Position numbers and translations under genes: made by a program. From the NCBI GenBank assembly GCA_963843325.1, contig CAWJKC010000016.1, positions 638,319-702,318 on the forward strand: a stretch of DNA of 64,000 nucleotides, written 5' to 3'. Origin of the DNA: an uncultured Acidobacteriota bacterium. GTDB lineage: Bacteria; Acidobacteriota; Thermoanaerobaculia; UBA5066; Gp7-AA6. The notes beneath the pieces were generated by a model, which searched no databases, was not told the DNA's origin, and saw only the letters and a program-made list of their open reading frames with translations. Shown here piece after piece: positions 27,733-37,906 of this stretch (positions are counted from its first letter, which is position 1; every line of letters begins with the position of its first letter).

Positions 27733-28707
27733 ATGGCTCTTCCCCGCCACGCGTTCTTCCGCGGCCGCGTCGTCCCGTACGCCGAGGCGCGGATCGGCGT
27801 CCTCACGCACGGACTGAACTACGGCACCGGAGTCTTCGGCGGCATCCGCGGCTACTGGAACGCGGACGAGGCCGAGCTCTTCGTCTTCCGCCCGCACGAC
27901 CACTTCCGGCGATTCCTCGAGTCGGCGCGGCTGCTCGACATGACCCTGCCCTTCACGGCCGAAACGCTGACCGAGGCGCTCGTCGGCCTGATCCGCACCG
28001 AGCTGTTTCGCGAGGACTGCTACGCGCGGCCGCTCGCGTTCTACGCCGACGAGGCGATCGGCGTGCGGCTTCACAACCTCCACCCGGAAGTGTCCATCGT
28101 CGCGATGCCCTACGGCCGCTACCTCGAGAACGAGGAAGGCATCCACGCCACGATCTCGTCCTGGCGCCGCGTCGACGACAACATGATCCCGCCCCGCGGC
28201 AAGATCACCGGCTCCTACGTCAACTCGGCCTTCGCGAAGACCGACGCGCAGCGGGCCGGCTTCGACGAGGCCATCGTCCTGAATGCGGACGGGCACATCT
28301 CCGAGGGCTCGGCCGAAAACTTCTTCCTCGTCAGGAACGGCGCCGCCGTCACGCCGCCCGTGACCGACAACATCCTCGAGGGCGTCACGCGCCGCACGAT
28401 CCTGGAGCTGCTGCGCGAGAAGCTCGGCGTCCCCGTCATCGAGCGCTCGATCGACCGCACCGAGCTCACCCTCGCCGACGAGGCCTTCTTCTGCGGCACC
28501 GGCGTCCAGATCGCCGCGATCACCCGCGTCGACCACCGCCCCATCGGCGCCGGCCGCATGGGCCCCGTGGTGTCGGCCCTGCGCGCCCTCTACTTCGACG
28601 TCGTCCGCGGCAAGCACCCCGACTACCGCCACTGGTGCCACCCGGTCTACTCAGATGCCGCGCCCGCCCCTGTCGCCGAAAGCGGACGCCTCAAGGCCCG
28701 GATCTGA
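27733..28707 (+). CDS. ilvE: branched-chain amino acid aminotransferase (class IV PLP enzyme)
   Basis: Fold-type IV motifs (GTGVFGGIRGY.., EGSAENFFLV, CGTGVQIAAI). 324 aa. Divergent from the MocR regulator. Confidence 0.8.
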   Translation: MALPRHAFFRGRVVPYAEARIGVLTHGLNYGTGVFGGIRGYWNADEAELFVFRPHDHFRRFLESARLLDMTLPFTAETLTEALVGLIRTELFREDCYARPLAFYADEAIGVRLHNLHPEVSIVAMPYGRYLENEEGIHATISSWRRVDDNMIPPRGKITGSYVNSAFAKTDAQRAGFDEAIVLNADGHISEGSAENFFLVRNGAAVTPPVTDNILEGVTRRTILELLREKLGVPVIERSIDRTELTLADEAFFCGTGVQIAAITRVDHRPIGAGRMGPVVSALRALYFDVVRGKHPDYRHWCHPVYSDAAPAPVAESGRLKARI

Positions 28708-28923
28708 GCGACCCGCTGAAGATTCGCGAGCACCGCACCGAGTCGCTCGCGGCGCGGATAGTCTCCCGACCGAAGGGAGGGAGGAGGTCCGCGCCGCGGG
28801 AGCCGTAGCGCAGCGACGGGAGCCAGGCGAACGGTCGAGCCCCTTGGGCGAGCCGTTCGCCGGTGCGCCGAAGGCGCAGGCTCCAGAGCGGAGCGGAGGC
28901 GACGATTTAGGGTTGCGTGCGGC

Positions 28924-29652
28924 TTGAAGAATCCGTTAACCTCCGAGATGGTGGCAGTCCATCGATCCACGGTAGGTTTGTTCTGGTGCCATCCGCTGGT
29001 TCTGCCGCAGTTCGAGCAGCTGATTTCCGATGGCGGGTATCGGCTACTGGCACGGCGGCTCGAGGCCAACCGGATACCGGACTTCGAGAACCTCTCGGTT
29101 CCCAAGGCGTCGGTCCACGTCGTCGAGGCCCACCCGCAGCTGCCCGTGACCGAGTCCGTCGTCACCGGCATCCACGCCCGCCAGCCGGCCGCGCGCATCC
29201 TCGTCCTCGGTGAGCGGTTCAGCGATCCGACCGCGTTCGCCCTGCTGCGACTCGGGGCCAAGGGGCTGCTGACCTACGAGGAGGCCGTGCGGACTCTGCC
29301 GCAGGCCATCCAGACCGTCGCCGGCGCGGGCCTGTGGATCGGCCGCGCGCTGCTCTCGCGGTTCGTCGACTCCGCCCTGTGCACCGTTCCCCTGCGCGTC
29401 TACGCCACCGGCTACGAGGGCCTGACTCGCCGCGAGCGGCAGGTCCTCGACGCGGTCCTCGACAATCTCTCGAACAAGGAGATCGCCCGGCGTCTCCAGA
29501 TGTCCGAGCGCACGGCCAAGTTCCACGTCTCGAACCTGCTCGTCAAGCACGGCGTGCGCCGCCGCGCGGACCTGCTCTTCCGCGCCCTGCAGAACTCCGG
29601 CCCCCGGCGGCCCGAGGGCTCGGGCGGCTCCGTCTCGGCCTCCGCGGCCTGA
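28924..29652 (+). CDS. LuxR-family regulator with atypical receiver-like N-domain
   Basis: C-terminal LuxR HTH (LTRRERQVLDAVLDNLSNKEIARRLQMSERTAKFHVSNLLVKHGV). N-domain has REC-like layout but no clear phospho-Asp. First ~50 codons have unusually low GC3; start could be ATG 28948. Confidence 0.65.
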   Translation: MKNPLTSEMVAVHRSTVGLFWCHPLVLPQFEQLISDGGYRLLARRLEANRIPDFENLSVPKASVHVVEAHPQLPVTESVVTGIHARQPAARILVLGERFSDPTAFALLRLGAKGLLTYEEAVRTLPQAIQTVAGAGLWIGRALLSRFVDSALCTVPLRVYATGYEGLTRRERQVLDAVLDNLSNKEIARRLQMSERTAKFHVSNLLVKHGVRRRADLLFRALQNSGPRRPEGSGGSVSASAA

Positions 29653-29735
29653 CCGACCGCCCCTCCGCGTCCCCTTTCCCGTAAACCCCGCGCCCGGTTC
29701 GACGTACTGACCTCCAGTTCTCAATAGGAGGTCAC

Positions 29736-30779
29736 ATGAAGAGGAGTCCCATCCTCGTTTTCGCAGGCTTCGTCCTCGCCACCGGTTCCGCCCTGGCCCA
29801 GGCGACCCTGACCCTGCCCGATGCCAGCCCCGCCGCGACCGTCAGCCAGACGGTCGGCATGACGACGATCACGATCGACTACCACCGGCCCGCCGTGAAC
29901 AAGCGCAAGGTCTGGGGCGAGCTCGTCCCCTACGGCGACGTCTGGCGCGCCGGCGCGAACATGAACACGACGCTCACGTCCTCGTCCGCCTTCACGGTCG
30001 GCGGCAAGACCCTCCCGGCAGGCACGTACGGCCTCCACATGATCCCCACCGAGAAGGACTGGACCGTCATCTTCAGCAACATGCACACGGCCTGGGGCAG
30101 CTTCAGCTACGACCAGGCGGAAGACGCCGTGCGTTTCACCGTGTCGCCGAAGCCCGCCGACTTCGAAGAGCGCCTCGAGTACCGCTTCGAGGACCCGACC
30201 GACAACGGGGCCACCGTCGTGCTGCAGTGGGACAAGCTCGCCGTCTCGTTCCCGATCGCGGTCGACTCGAAGGCCGTCGTGTTCGCGAGCATCGAGGGCC
30301 AGCTGCGCGGCCTGCCGCGCTTCGGCTGGCAGGGCTGGAACCAGGCGGCCAACTGGAGCCTCCGCAACGACTACAAGCTCGACCAGGGTCTGGCCTGGGT
30401 GGACCACTCGATCGGGATGCAGTCGAACTTCCAGAATCTTCGGACCAAGGCCGCGATCCTGGAGAAGAAGGGCGGCGACGCGAAGGAAGTCGAGGCGCTG
30501 CGCGCACAGGCCATGAAGGTGGCGACCGAGAACGACGTCAATCTTCTCGGCTACCAGCTCATGGGCGAGAAGAAGACCGCCGAGGCCCTCGTGTTGTTCC
30601 GCAAGAACGTCAAGGACTATCCGAACTCGTGGAACACCTACGACAGCCTCGGCGAGGCGCTCGCCACGACGGGCGACAAGAAGGGCGCCATCGAGAACTA
30701 CAGCAAGGCCCTCGCCATGACGAACGACCCGGTCCAGAAGAAACGGATCGACGACATCCTGGCAAAGCTCAAGGCCTAG
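29736..30779 (+). CDS. secreted DUF2911-like protein with C-terminal TPR segment
   Basis: Signal peptide; TITIDYHRPAVNKRKVWGELVPYGDVWRAGANMNT.. matches my recollection of DUF2911; C-terminal TPR-like helices. Confidence 0.6.
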   Translation: MKRSPILVFAGFVLATGSALAQATLTLPDASPAATVSQTVGMTTITIDYHRPAVNKRKVWGELVPYGDVWRAGANMNTTLTSSSAFTVGGKTLPAGTYGLHMIPTEKDWTVIFSNMHTAWGSFSYDQAEDAVRFTVSPKPADFEERLEYRFEDPTDNGATVVLQWDKLAVSFPIAVDSKAVVFASIEGQLRGLPRFGWQGWNQAANWSLRNDYKLDQGLAWVDHSIGMQSNFQNLRTKAAILEKKGGDAKEVEALRAQAMKVATENDVNLLGYQLMGEKKTAEALVLFRKNVKDYPNSWNTYDSLGEALATTGDKKGAIENYSKALAMTNDPVQKKRIDDILAKLKA

Positions 30780-30826
30780 CCGTCGGGAAAGCGAAACCTC
30801 GGGGCGGCCCGCGCGTAGACCGGTGC

Positions 30827-32419
30827 ATGATGCACCGCTCGAAGTCTGCGCTCGCGGCCGCCCTCTCCTTTTTCGTCGTGCTCGCCGGCTCTGCCGGAGG
30901 GCAGGCCCCTTCCCCGCCCGACACCCCGCAGGGCCGGCGGATCGCGGCGCTGATCGCGGCCTTCGAGACCGGAACGCCGGACGCCATCCGGACCTTCGTC
31001 ACGGACAACTTCGCAACGTCCGCACAGAAGGAAGTTCCCCTCGAGCAGCGCGTCCAGCGCCTCGGCGCAATGGCAAGGGAGGTCGGGCCAATCGCCTTCC
31101 AGCAGATGCTGCCGTCGCAGGCTCCGGAGATCAAGTTCCTCGCGCGCGCGAAGAACACCCGGCAATGGTTCGAAATCGGCATGATGCTCGAGCGGTCGCC
31201 CGACTTCGGGATTCTGGGATGGAAGATCGATGATTCACAGGGACCGGGCGCCCCCGCCGAGTCGCGCAAGGGCTCGGACGCCGAGGTCGCGGCCGCAGCG
31301 GAGGCGCTCCTGTCCGCCGACCACGGCGAAGGGTCCTTCTCCGGCGTCGTGCTGATCGCGAAGAACGGGAAGCCGTTCTTCCACAAGGCGTACGGAATGG
31401 CCAACCGCGACTTCGGGGTGCCGAACCACCCGGACACGAAGTTCAACCTCGGCTCGATCAACAAGGTCTTCACGCAGGTGGCGATCGCGCAGCTCGCCGA
31501 GCAGGGCAAGCTCTCGCTCTCCGACACGATCCGCAAACACCTGCCCGACTACCCGTCGCCCGTCGCCGACAAGATCACGATCCAGCAGCTCGCTGACGAT
31601 GACGTCGGGCCTCGGCGACTTCTTCGGCGAGCGCTACGACGCGACGCCGAAGTCGACGGCTTCGGACGCTCGTCCGACTTTCTCCCGTTCTTCGTGAACG
31701 AGCCGCTCCTCTTCGAGCCGGGCACGTCCCGAAGCTACTCGAACGCGGGCTACATCGTGCTCGGCCTGATCATCGAGAAGGCCTCCGGCAGCAGAGCTAC
31801 TACGACTACGTGCGCCAGCACATCTTCCTTCCCGCGGGCATGAAGGACACCGGACGCGTACATGCAGGACGCGGTCGTCCCGAACCGCGCCGTCGGCTAC
31901 ACGCGCGAGAGCGAAGACGGGAAACCGCAACCCGGGCCCAAGCGGATCAACGTCTACACGCTGCCCGCCCGCTCGAGCTCGGCCGGCGGCGGCTACTCGA
32001 CGGCGCCGGACCTGCTCGCCTTCGACGCCGCAATGCGCGCCGACAAGCTCCTGTCTCCGGCGTGGACGGGCTGGTACTTCTCCGACAAGTCGAAGGCCCC
32101 GGCCGCGGGCGCCCCGCCGCGCAAGCACTCCGGCGGCTCCGGCTTCGCGGGCGGCTCACCGGGCGTCAACGCCGTCATCGAGACCGACCTCGACACCGGA
32201 TACTCCATCGTCGTCCTCTCGAACGACGACCCGCCCTCCGCCGAGACTGTGGCGAAGAAGATTCGCCAGTGGCTGGGCTCTGAGCTCGGAGGCGTAGCGG
32301 CACGGCTTGCTCGGCATCCGGGCCGATGCGGTCGCGGGCAAGCCTCGTCCATACGACACGCGATCGCGGCGAGTCGCCCGGGCGGCCGCAAGGGCCGCCC
32401 CTACGGCCGCCCGACGTGA
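30827..32419 (+). pseudogene. class C beta-lactamase-like serine hydrolase with extra N-terminal domain; at least four frame breaks
   Basis: Signal peptide; S-x-x-K motif LGSINKVFTQ. Conserved blocks LTMTSGLGDFFGERYDATPKSTA, PLLFEPGTSRSYSNAGYIVLGLIIEKASG, QSYYDYVRQHIFLPAGMKDTG and MQDAVVPNRAVGYTRE...GYSIVVLSNDDPP occur in alternating frames between about 31585 and 31860. Confidence 0.6.
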
Positions 32420-32439
32420 TGACGCGGCCGCAGGCGCGT

Positions 32440-33201
32440 TCACACCCGCCGCTTCAGGAGCATCAGCGTCCAGAGGTACACGCCGTACGCGGCCAGCCCG
32501 AAGGCGATCGTGCCCATCAGCGCGGGCCCGAAGGTCGCGTGCGAGAAAGTCCGCACGGCGCCGCCCATCGATTGCACGCGGGACGGATCGCCCTCGATCG
32601 CCGCGCGGCAGATGAAGTAGCCGAGCGCGCACAGCACGATCCCGCGGGCGATGAGCCCGAAGCGCGCGATCCCGGCGAGGATCCTCACGAGCCGGCGCGG
32701 CAGCAGGTCCTTGCGCAGCGGAAGGTTGCCCCGGATCCCCTGCCACGCCTCCCAGATCCCCCCTCCCGCCACCACGAGACCGACGAGCGCGAGGACCGCG
32801 GCTCCCCAGGACTCGGCGAGCAGCCACGTGACGCCCGTCTTCCGAAGGGAGCCGCCCCCGGTTTCGACGTGGAACAGCAACCGCGCCGCGGCCCAGGCGA
32901 GCGTGAGGTACCCGATCCCGTTGATGGCGAGGCCGAGACGGAAGAGGCCCTTGCGCTTTTTCCCGGCGGCCTCGTAGAGGTGCACGACGGCGATCGCCGC
33001 CAGGCCCGCGACGACCGCCCCGAGCAGGAGGTCCCCGTAGGGCTGCGCCATGAGGAACCGGAGCGCGCCCGGGATCCCGGCCTCTTTCTTCCGGGTCCCG
33101 AGAAACGCCACCCGCGCGGACACGATCCCCAGGGCGAAGTAGATCGCCCCGGTCGCCCCGAACCCCGCGCGCATGGAAAGGTTGCGCAGCACGGTCGGCA
33201 T
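32440..33201 (-). CDS. DUF1206-like integral membrane protein
   Basis: ATG at 33201. 253 aa with repeated amphipathic/TM segments (GAIYFALGIVSA.., NGIGYLTLAWAAARLL.., FGLIARGIVLCALGYFI..). Upstream part of track ORF is filler. Confidence 0.55.
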   Translation of the reverse strand: MPTVLRNLSMRAGFGATGAIYFALGIVSARVAFLGTRKKEAGIPGALRFLMAQPYGDLLLGAVVAGLAAIAVVHLYEAAGKKRKGLFRLGLAINGIGYLTLAWAAARLLFHVETGGGSLRKTGVTWLLAESWGAAVLALVGLVVAGGGIWEAWQGIRGNLPLRKDLLPRRLVRILAGIARFGLIARGIVLCALGYFICRAAIEGDPSRVQSMGGAVRTFSHATFGPALMGTIAFGLAAYGVYLWTLMLLKRRV

Positions 33202-33299
33202 GATCCACGTTCGGCGCCCCGCCGGGCAACCCCGATCTTCGCCGGGGTTGCGATAAGCTTCCGCGGCCCTTTTCCGGGGCAAGAAAGGAATCGAAGACC

Positions 33300-33776
33300 A
33301 TGACGAAGACGACGACCCGGCTTCTTTCGACGGCCTTCGCCGCTGCGCTCTTCGCGGCCCCGGCGTTCGCCCAGGACCCGAAGCCCACACCGGCGCCCGA
33401 GGCGGCCCAGAAAAGCGAGAGCAAGATGACCAAGACCCCGAGCGGCCTGCAGTACGAGGACACCAAGGTCGGCACCGGCGCATCGCCCCAGAAGGGCCAG
33501 ACGTGCGTCATGAACTACACCGGCTGGCTCTGGGAAAACGGCGCCAAGGGCAAGAAGTTCGACAGCTCGCTCGACCGCGGCACGCCGTTCTCGTTCCCGA
33601 TCGGCCAGGGACGGGTGATCAAGGGCTGGGACGAGGGCGTCGCGACCATGAAGGTCGGCGGCCAGCGCACCCTCCTGATCCCGCCCGATCTCGGCTACGG
33701 CTCGCGCGGCGCCGGCGGCGTCATTCCGCCCAACGCGACGCTGATCTTCGAAGTCGAGTTGCTCGACGTCAAGTAG
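33300..33776 (+). CDS. FKBP-type peptidyl-prolyl cis-trans isomerase (secreted)
   Basis: Signal peptide; FKBP core (GLQYEDTKVGTG..VMNYTGWLWENGAKGKKFDSS..FSFPIGQGRVIKGWDEG..LIFEVELLDV). Confidence 0.9.
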   Translation: MTKTTTRLLSTAFAAALFAAPAFAQDPKPTPAPEAAQKSESKMTKTPSGLQYEDTKVGTGASPQKGQTCVMNYTGWLWENGAKGKKFDSSLDRGTPFSFPIGQGRVIKGWDEGVATMKVGGQRTLLIPPDLGYGSRGAGGVIPPNATLIFEVELLDVK

Positions 33777-33804
33777 CCCTCCCCTTTTTCAGCTCGGACA
33801 ATTC

Positions 33805-33840
33805 GGCGGAGTCGCACTCGTGCGGCTCCGCCTTTTTTTG
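33805..33840 (+). terminator. intrinsic terminator after FKBP gene
   Basis: GGCGGAGTCGCAC/GTGCGGCTCCGCC hairpin followed by TTTTTTTG. Confidence 0.7.
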
Positions 33841-33940
33841 TCACGTGAACGAACGGACAGGCCGCTTCGCAGAAGACCCACACCGCTGTGCCGCCGAGGG
33901 TTAGGTCCTGCACCGACCGCCTGGGCATGGAAGCTGCTAC

Positions 33941-33951
33941 AATTTCAACAA
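33941..33951 (+). promoter_or_regulatory. extended -10 promoter element TGcTACAAT
   Basis: AT-rich island. TGCTACAAT lies about 13 nt upstream of AAGAGGAT RBS and ATG 33964. Confidence 0.4.
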
Positions 33952-33963
33952 AAGAAAGAGGAT

Positions 33964-35788
33964 ATGGTCCAACTGCCGACGTCGGGAGGCCGCCGCGGGC
34001 CGTCTTTGACCCTCACGGGCCGGGGCCGGAGGCGCGCTTGAGCACACCGGCGCCTTTCCTCTCCCGGCACCTCGGCGACTACCTCCTCGTCGCCCAGCTT
34101 TCCGAGGACCCGCTCGGCACGGTGTTCCGCGCCCTGTACGCGGCCGACGAGCGCCGCTTCGTGCGCCTGCGCGTCCTGCAGTCCGAGGAGCTCGACGCGG
34201 CGAGCGTGCAGCTCACGGTCAGGGAGAACCGCCTGCGCGACCTGGCGCTTGTGCACGACGCGATCGTGCTGCGCCCGGAAATGGACGTCGTGGACGGCAT
34301 CCCGTTCATGACCTGGGACGAAACGGCCGGGTGGACGCTCGACACGATGCTCGCCCGCGTGCGCGCCTTCGGGATCCGCATTCCGGCCGAGTACGCATTG
34401 CTGATCGCGGAACGTCTGGCCGCGGCCCTCGAGCACGCGCGGTCCGGTCGCGGCGCCGGACCGTCCGTCGAGCACGGCATTCTCTGGCCCGGTTTCGTCT
34501 CCATCTCGCACGACGCGGCCGTGCGCGTGGGCGGCTTCGGCATCTCCGGCGCGATCCTGCCCTCGCTCGGCGGGACGCGCATGACGGCCGAGATCGCCCC
34601 CTACGTCGCGCCGGAAGTGCGCCGCGGCGGGCCCCTGACGCCACAGGCCGACGTCTATTCGCTCGGCGCGATCCTCATGGAGCTCATGACCGGACGCCGG
34701 CCCTCGCTCGACACCCCCTCGGCCGAGCTGCGCGCCGGCGATCCCCGCTCCGACGAGCTCGGAATGTTCCTGCGCCGCTGCCTCGCCGAGCCGGACGAGC
34801 GCTTCGCCTCCGCGACCGAAACGCACCGCGCCCTCCAGCAGATGGTGACGGGCAACCCGTTCTCGCTCTTCACGGCGAACCTCGCGCTCTTTCTCTACAA
34901 GCTCCTCAATCCGGAGAGCCAGAGCGTGGCGCCCTCCTCGGACTGGGAGTCGACGAGCCCGGTCGTCCTCGAGACGAAGACCCGGCGCGGCGATTCCACG
35001 GCCACCCGCGCGCAGCGGCACCGAACCGCGCCGGCGCCGCGGGGACCTCGACCAGGTCGAGGAAGCTGCGATCGCGCGCGCTCCGCTGCCGGCCGCGATG
35101 GCGCCCGTTGGAGCCGCCAGTCCGGAGGCTCGCGCCCGCGCCCGCGGCGGTGCAGGAGCACGTGGCGGTGCTGATGGACGCGGTCGCGCCCGCGCCATTC
35201 CCGGAGGAATCCGCCGGACCGGTCGAGGCCCCCGCGCACGTTCCGATTCCCCTTCCCGTGTCCTGGAGGCGGCCGGCCATGGCCCTGGTGGCCGCGGCCG
35301 GAGTGACCGCCGGCGTCCTCTTTCTCGCAGACCAGCTCGGCTCCCGCTCGCATGCCACCAACCCGGCCCCCGCGGCCGTCACCGCCGGCACGGAGGCCGT
35401 GGCTCCCCCGTCCCTCGAGCCGCCGCCACTCTCGGCGCCGCCGATCGCGGAGGCGACCGGCCGCGTCGAGCCGGTATCGAACCATCCCTCGTCGGCGCCA
35501 CGCCCTGCCCGGAAGACTCATCCGGAGTTGAAGCAGCCCGCCGAGGACCTGCGCTACAAGGCGGCGCTCGCTCGGATCGAAGCCGACCGCGTGAACGCGC
35601 GCGAGAAGGCGTCGGACATCTTCGGACAGGGCGAACAGAGCGAGAAGGACGGCGCGCGATTCCTGCGGGAGCGCGACTACGACGCGGCGCAGATGGCCTT
35701 CAGCCGCGCGGCCCAGCTCTTCGCCAAGGCGCAGGAAGTCAGCTTCCAGGAGCGCGTCCGCGGCACCAGCCTCTCCGGCAACCCCTGA
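33964..35788 (+). CDS. degenerate Ser/Thr protein kinase-like (pseudokinase) membrane protein; frame changes near 5' end and about 35000-35174
   Basis: Strong RBS + ATG 33964 opens a 25-codon ORF ending TTGA at 34038-41. The kinase-like domain then continues in another frame (HLGDYLLVAQLSEDPLGTVF.., VRLRVL in place of VAIK, no HRD, GGFGIS in place of DFG, but APYVAPE retained). At 35172-35176 a TGATG junction leads into a frame with TM helix AMALVAAAGVTAGVLFLA and a ~150-aa C-terminal domain. Could be one gene with indels or two coupled genes. Confidence 0.5.
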
Positions 35789-35855
35789 TTTCCAACCAAG
35801 TTAGGATTGCCTCCGCCCCGGCCGGGAACGGCCGCGGGCAGATCGCTGTTCAAGG

Positions 35856-36571
35856 ATGGTGGGAATGCACAGGATCGAGCCCGCGCGCCTGAAACCGGGC
35901 GCCACGCAGGACACGCTGCCCGGCCCCCGTCCCTCCGACGCCGCCTCGGATCGACCCGCGCCGGCGATCCGCGGCAAGGCGCTCATCTTCTGGGACCCGA
36001 AGATCCCCGGCAAAAAGCTCGACGCGATCGACACCGACCAGATCACGCCGGCCGCCGACTGCGTCTCCGAGAGCCTCGAGACGCTCGACGAGCGGTGGAA
36101 GGCGGGCTCCTTCCGCCACCTCATGCCCGACTTCCGCGCGCGCGTGCACCGCGGCGAGAATTTCCTGATCGCGGGCGAGCGGTTCGCCATCGGGTCCTCG
36201 CGCGAGATGAGCCCGGCTGGATTGAAGGGCGTGGCGGAGGAAAAGGGCCTCGAGCTCGTCGTCGTCTGCAGCCACGGCATGGGCGACATCTTCCGGCGCA
36301 ACGCCTTCAACCTCGGGCTGCACGTCGTGCAGTGCCCGGAGGCCGTCGAGGACGCTCGGGACGGCGACGAATTCTCCTTCGATCCCGCGACGCGCGGCCT
36401 GACCAACCAGACGCAGGGCAAGCACTACACGCCGGTTCCCCTGTCGCCCAAGGAGGAGGAGATCCGCTCGAGCGGCGGCATCTTCGCCGTCGGCCGGCGC
36501 GAGTTCCGCAGCTCGGTCCGGGCGCTTCCCGAGGTGCGGTGGCCGGAGCCGGAGCTCGCCGCGGCGCATGA
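35856..36571 (+). CDS. aconitase-family small subunit (LeuD-like swivel domain)
   Basis: LIFWDPKIPGKKLDAIDTDQITP, GENFLIAGERFAIGSSRE signatures. Stop inferred in frame 2 at the ATGA overlap with the large-subunit start; the 3' end may contain an indel. Confidence 0.6.
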
Positions 36572-37897
36572 CGACGACCGAGCAGATCGTCTGGGCGCAC
36601 CGCGTGGACAAGGATGCCGTCGTGCAGCCGGGCGCGACCCTGCGCGTGTACGCCGACCTGCTGCCCGCGTCCGACGGGACCGCGCCGTTTTCGATCCACA
36701 CGTTCAACCAGATCACCGGCGGCAACTCCATCCATCCCCGCCAGGCCGCGGTCGCCAACGACCACTTCGTGTTCACGGGCCGCGAGGACGACGACCGGCA
36801 GACCGCCATCGGCCGCGAGTTCGCCCGCCTCCACGGGATGAAGAAGCCCTACTACGCGGATCCGGGCGACGGCATCTTCCACTTCTACTTTCCCGAGCAG
36901 GGCCTCGTGATGCCGGGCCAGTTCATCCCGGGCGCGGACTCGCACAGCCGCGCCTACGGCGCCTACGGGGCCGTGGGCTTCGGCGTGGGCTCGACGACGC
37001 TCGGCTTCGGCTGGTCGACGGGCTACATCTACTTCACGCTCGCGAAACAGCGCCGGGTGATCCTGTCGCGGAAAGCTCCAGCCCTGGGTCTCGGGCAAGG
37101 ACATCGTGCTCGAGCTGCTGCGCCGGTGGGGCGCGAAACAGTCGCAGGGCATGTCCGTCGAGTTCGTCGACGCCGACAGGCAGCTGCCGATCGCCTTCCG
37201 CAACACGATCGCCAACATGATGGCGGAGGCCGAGGCCCTGAACGGCATCTTCGCCGCCGACGACATCACGGAGGACTGGTACCGCGCCAAGGGCATCACC
37301 GACCTGCCGTATCCGCGGATCGCCCCCGGCGCCGACGCCGTCTTCGCGATCGACGAGACGCTCGCGCTCGCGGAGATCGCCCCGATGATCGCCAAGCCCT
37401 TCGCGCCCGGCAACGCGTTCCTGGCCGAGGAGGTCGCGCGCGAGCGGCTGACGTTCGACAAGGCGATGATCGGCTCGTGCACCAACGGCGGGTACGACGA
37501 CCTGCTCTCGGCCGCGCTCGTCCTGCACGCGGCGCGCGAGCTCGGCTTCCGGAAGGTCGCGCGCACGTTCACGATCTTCCCGGGCTCGGGCGGCGTCGGA
37601 CGGCAGATCGAAAAGCCGGATCCGCGCTTGAACGGCGAGTCGATCGCCGAGATCTTCCGCGGCGTCGGCGGCGAGATCCGCCAGTCCTGGTGCGGTCCCT
37701 GCTTCGGCCAGGGTCCCGACGCGCTCACGCCCGGGCAGCGGGCCATCACGTCGTTCAATCGGAACTGGCAGAACCGCATGGGCTACGGCGGCGAGGGATT
37801 TCTCGCGAGCCCCGCCGTCGTCGCCGCCTCCGCGCTCGCCGGCTACATGGCTCCTCCCGGGAGAGCTCGGCCTGGCCTGGCGGCCCGAGCGCTTCGG
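36568..37897 (+). CDS. aconitase-family large subunit (LeuC-like); frame broken near 37070 and near 3' end
   Basis: MTTTEQIVWAHRVDKD.., FGVGSTTLGFGW and, after a +1 shift, GKLQPWVSGKDIVLELLRRWGA.., MIGSCTNGGYDD, NRMGYGGEGFLASPAVVAASALAGY. In-frame stop TAG about 37895 is reached only after a second shift. Confidence 0.7.
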
Positions 37898-37906
37898 AGT
37901 CTAGGT

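Noticed and set aside
26044-28641. 865-aa minus ORF and similar long antisense ORFs (37755..40265, 51532..53385, 6876..8288)
   Set aside because: All overlap well-supported genes on the other strand and have Arg/Gly/Ala/Pro low-complexity composition.
33964-34041. 25-codon ORF MVQLPTSGGRRGPSLTLTGRGRRRA as an independent leader peptide
   Set aside because: Possible (strong RBS, TTGA coupling). However, an N-terminal 1-nt indel in the kinase-like gene is equally or more likely given the indel load elsewhere. Not called as a separate feature.
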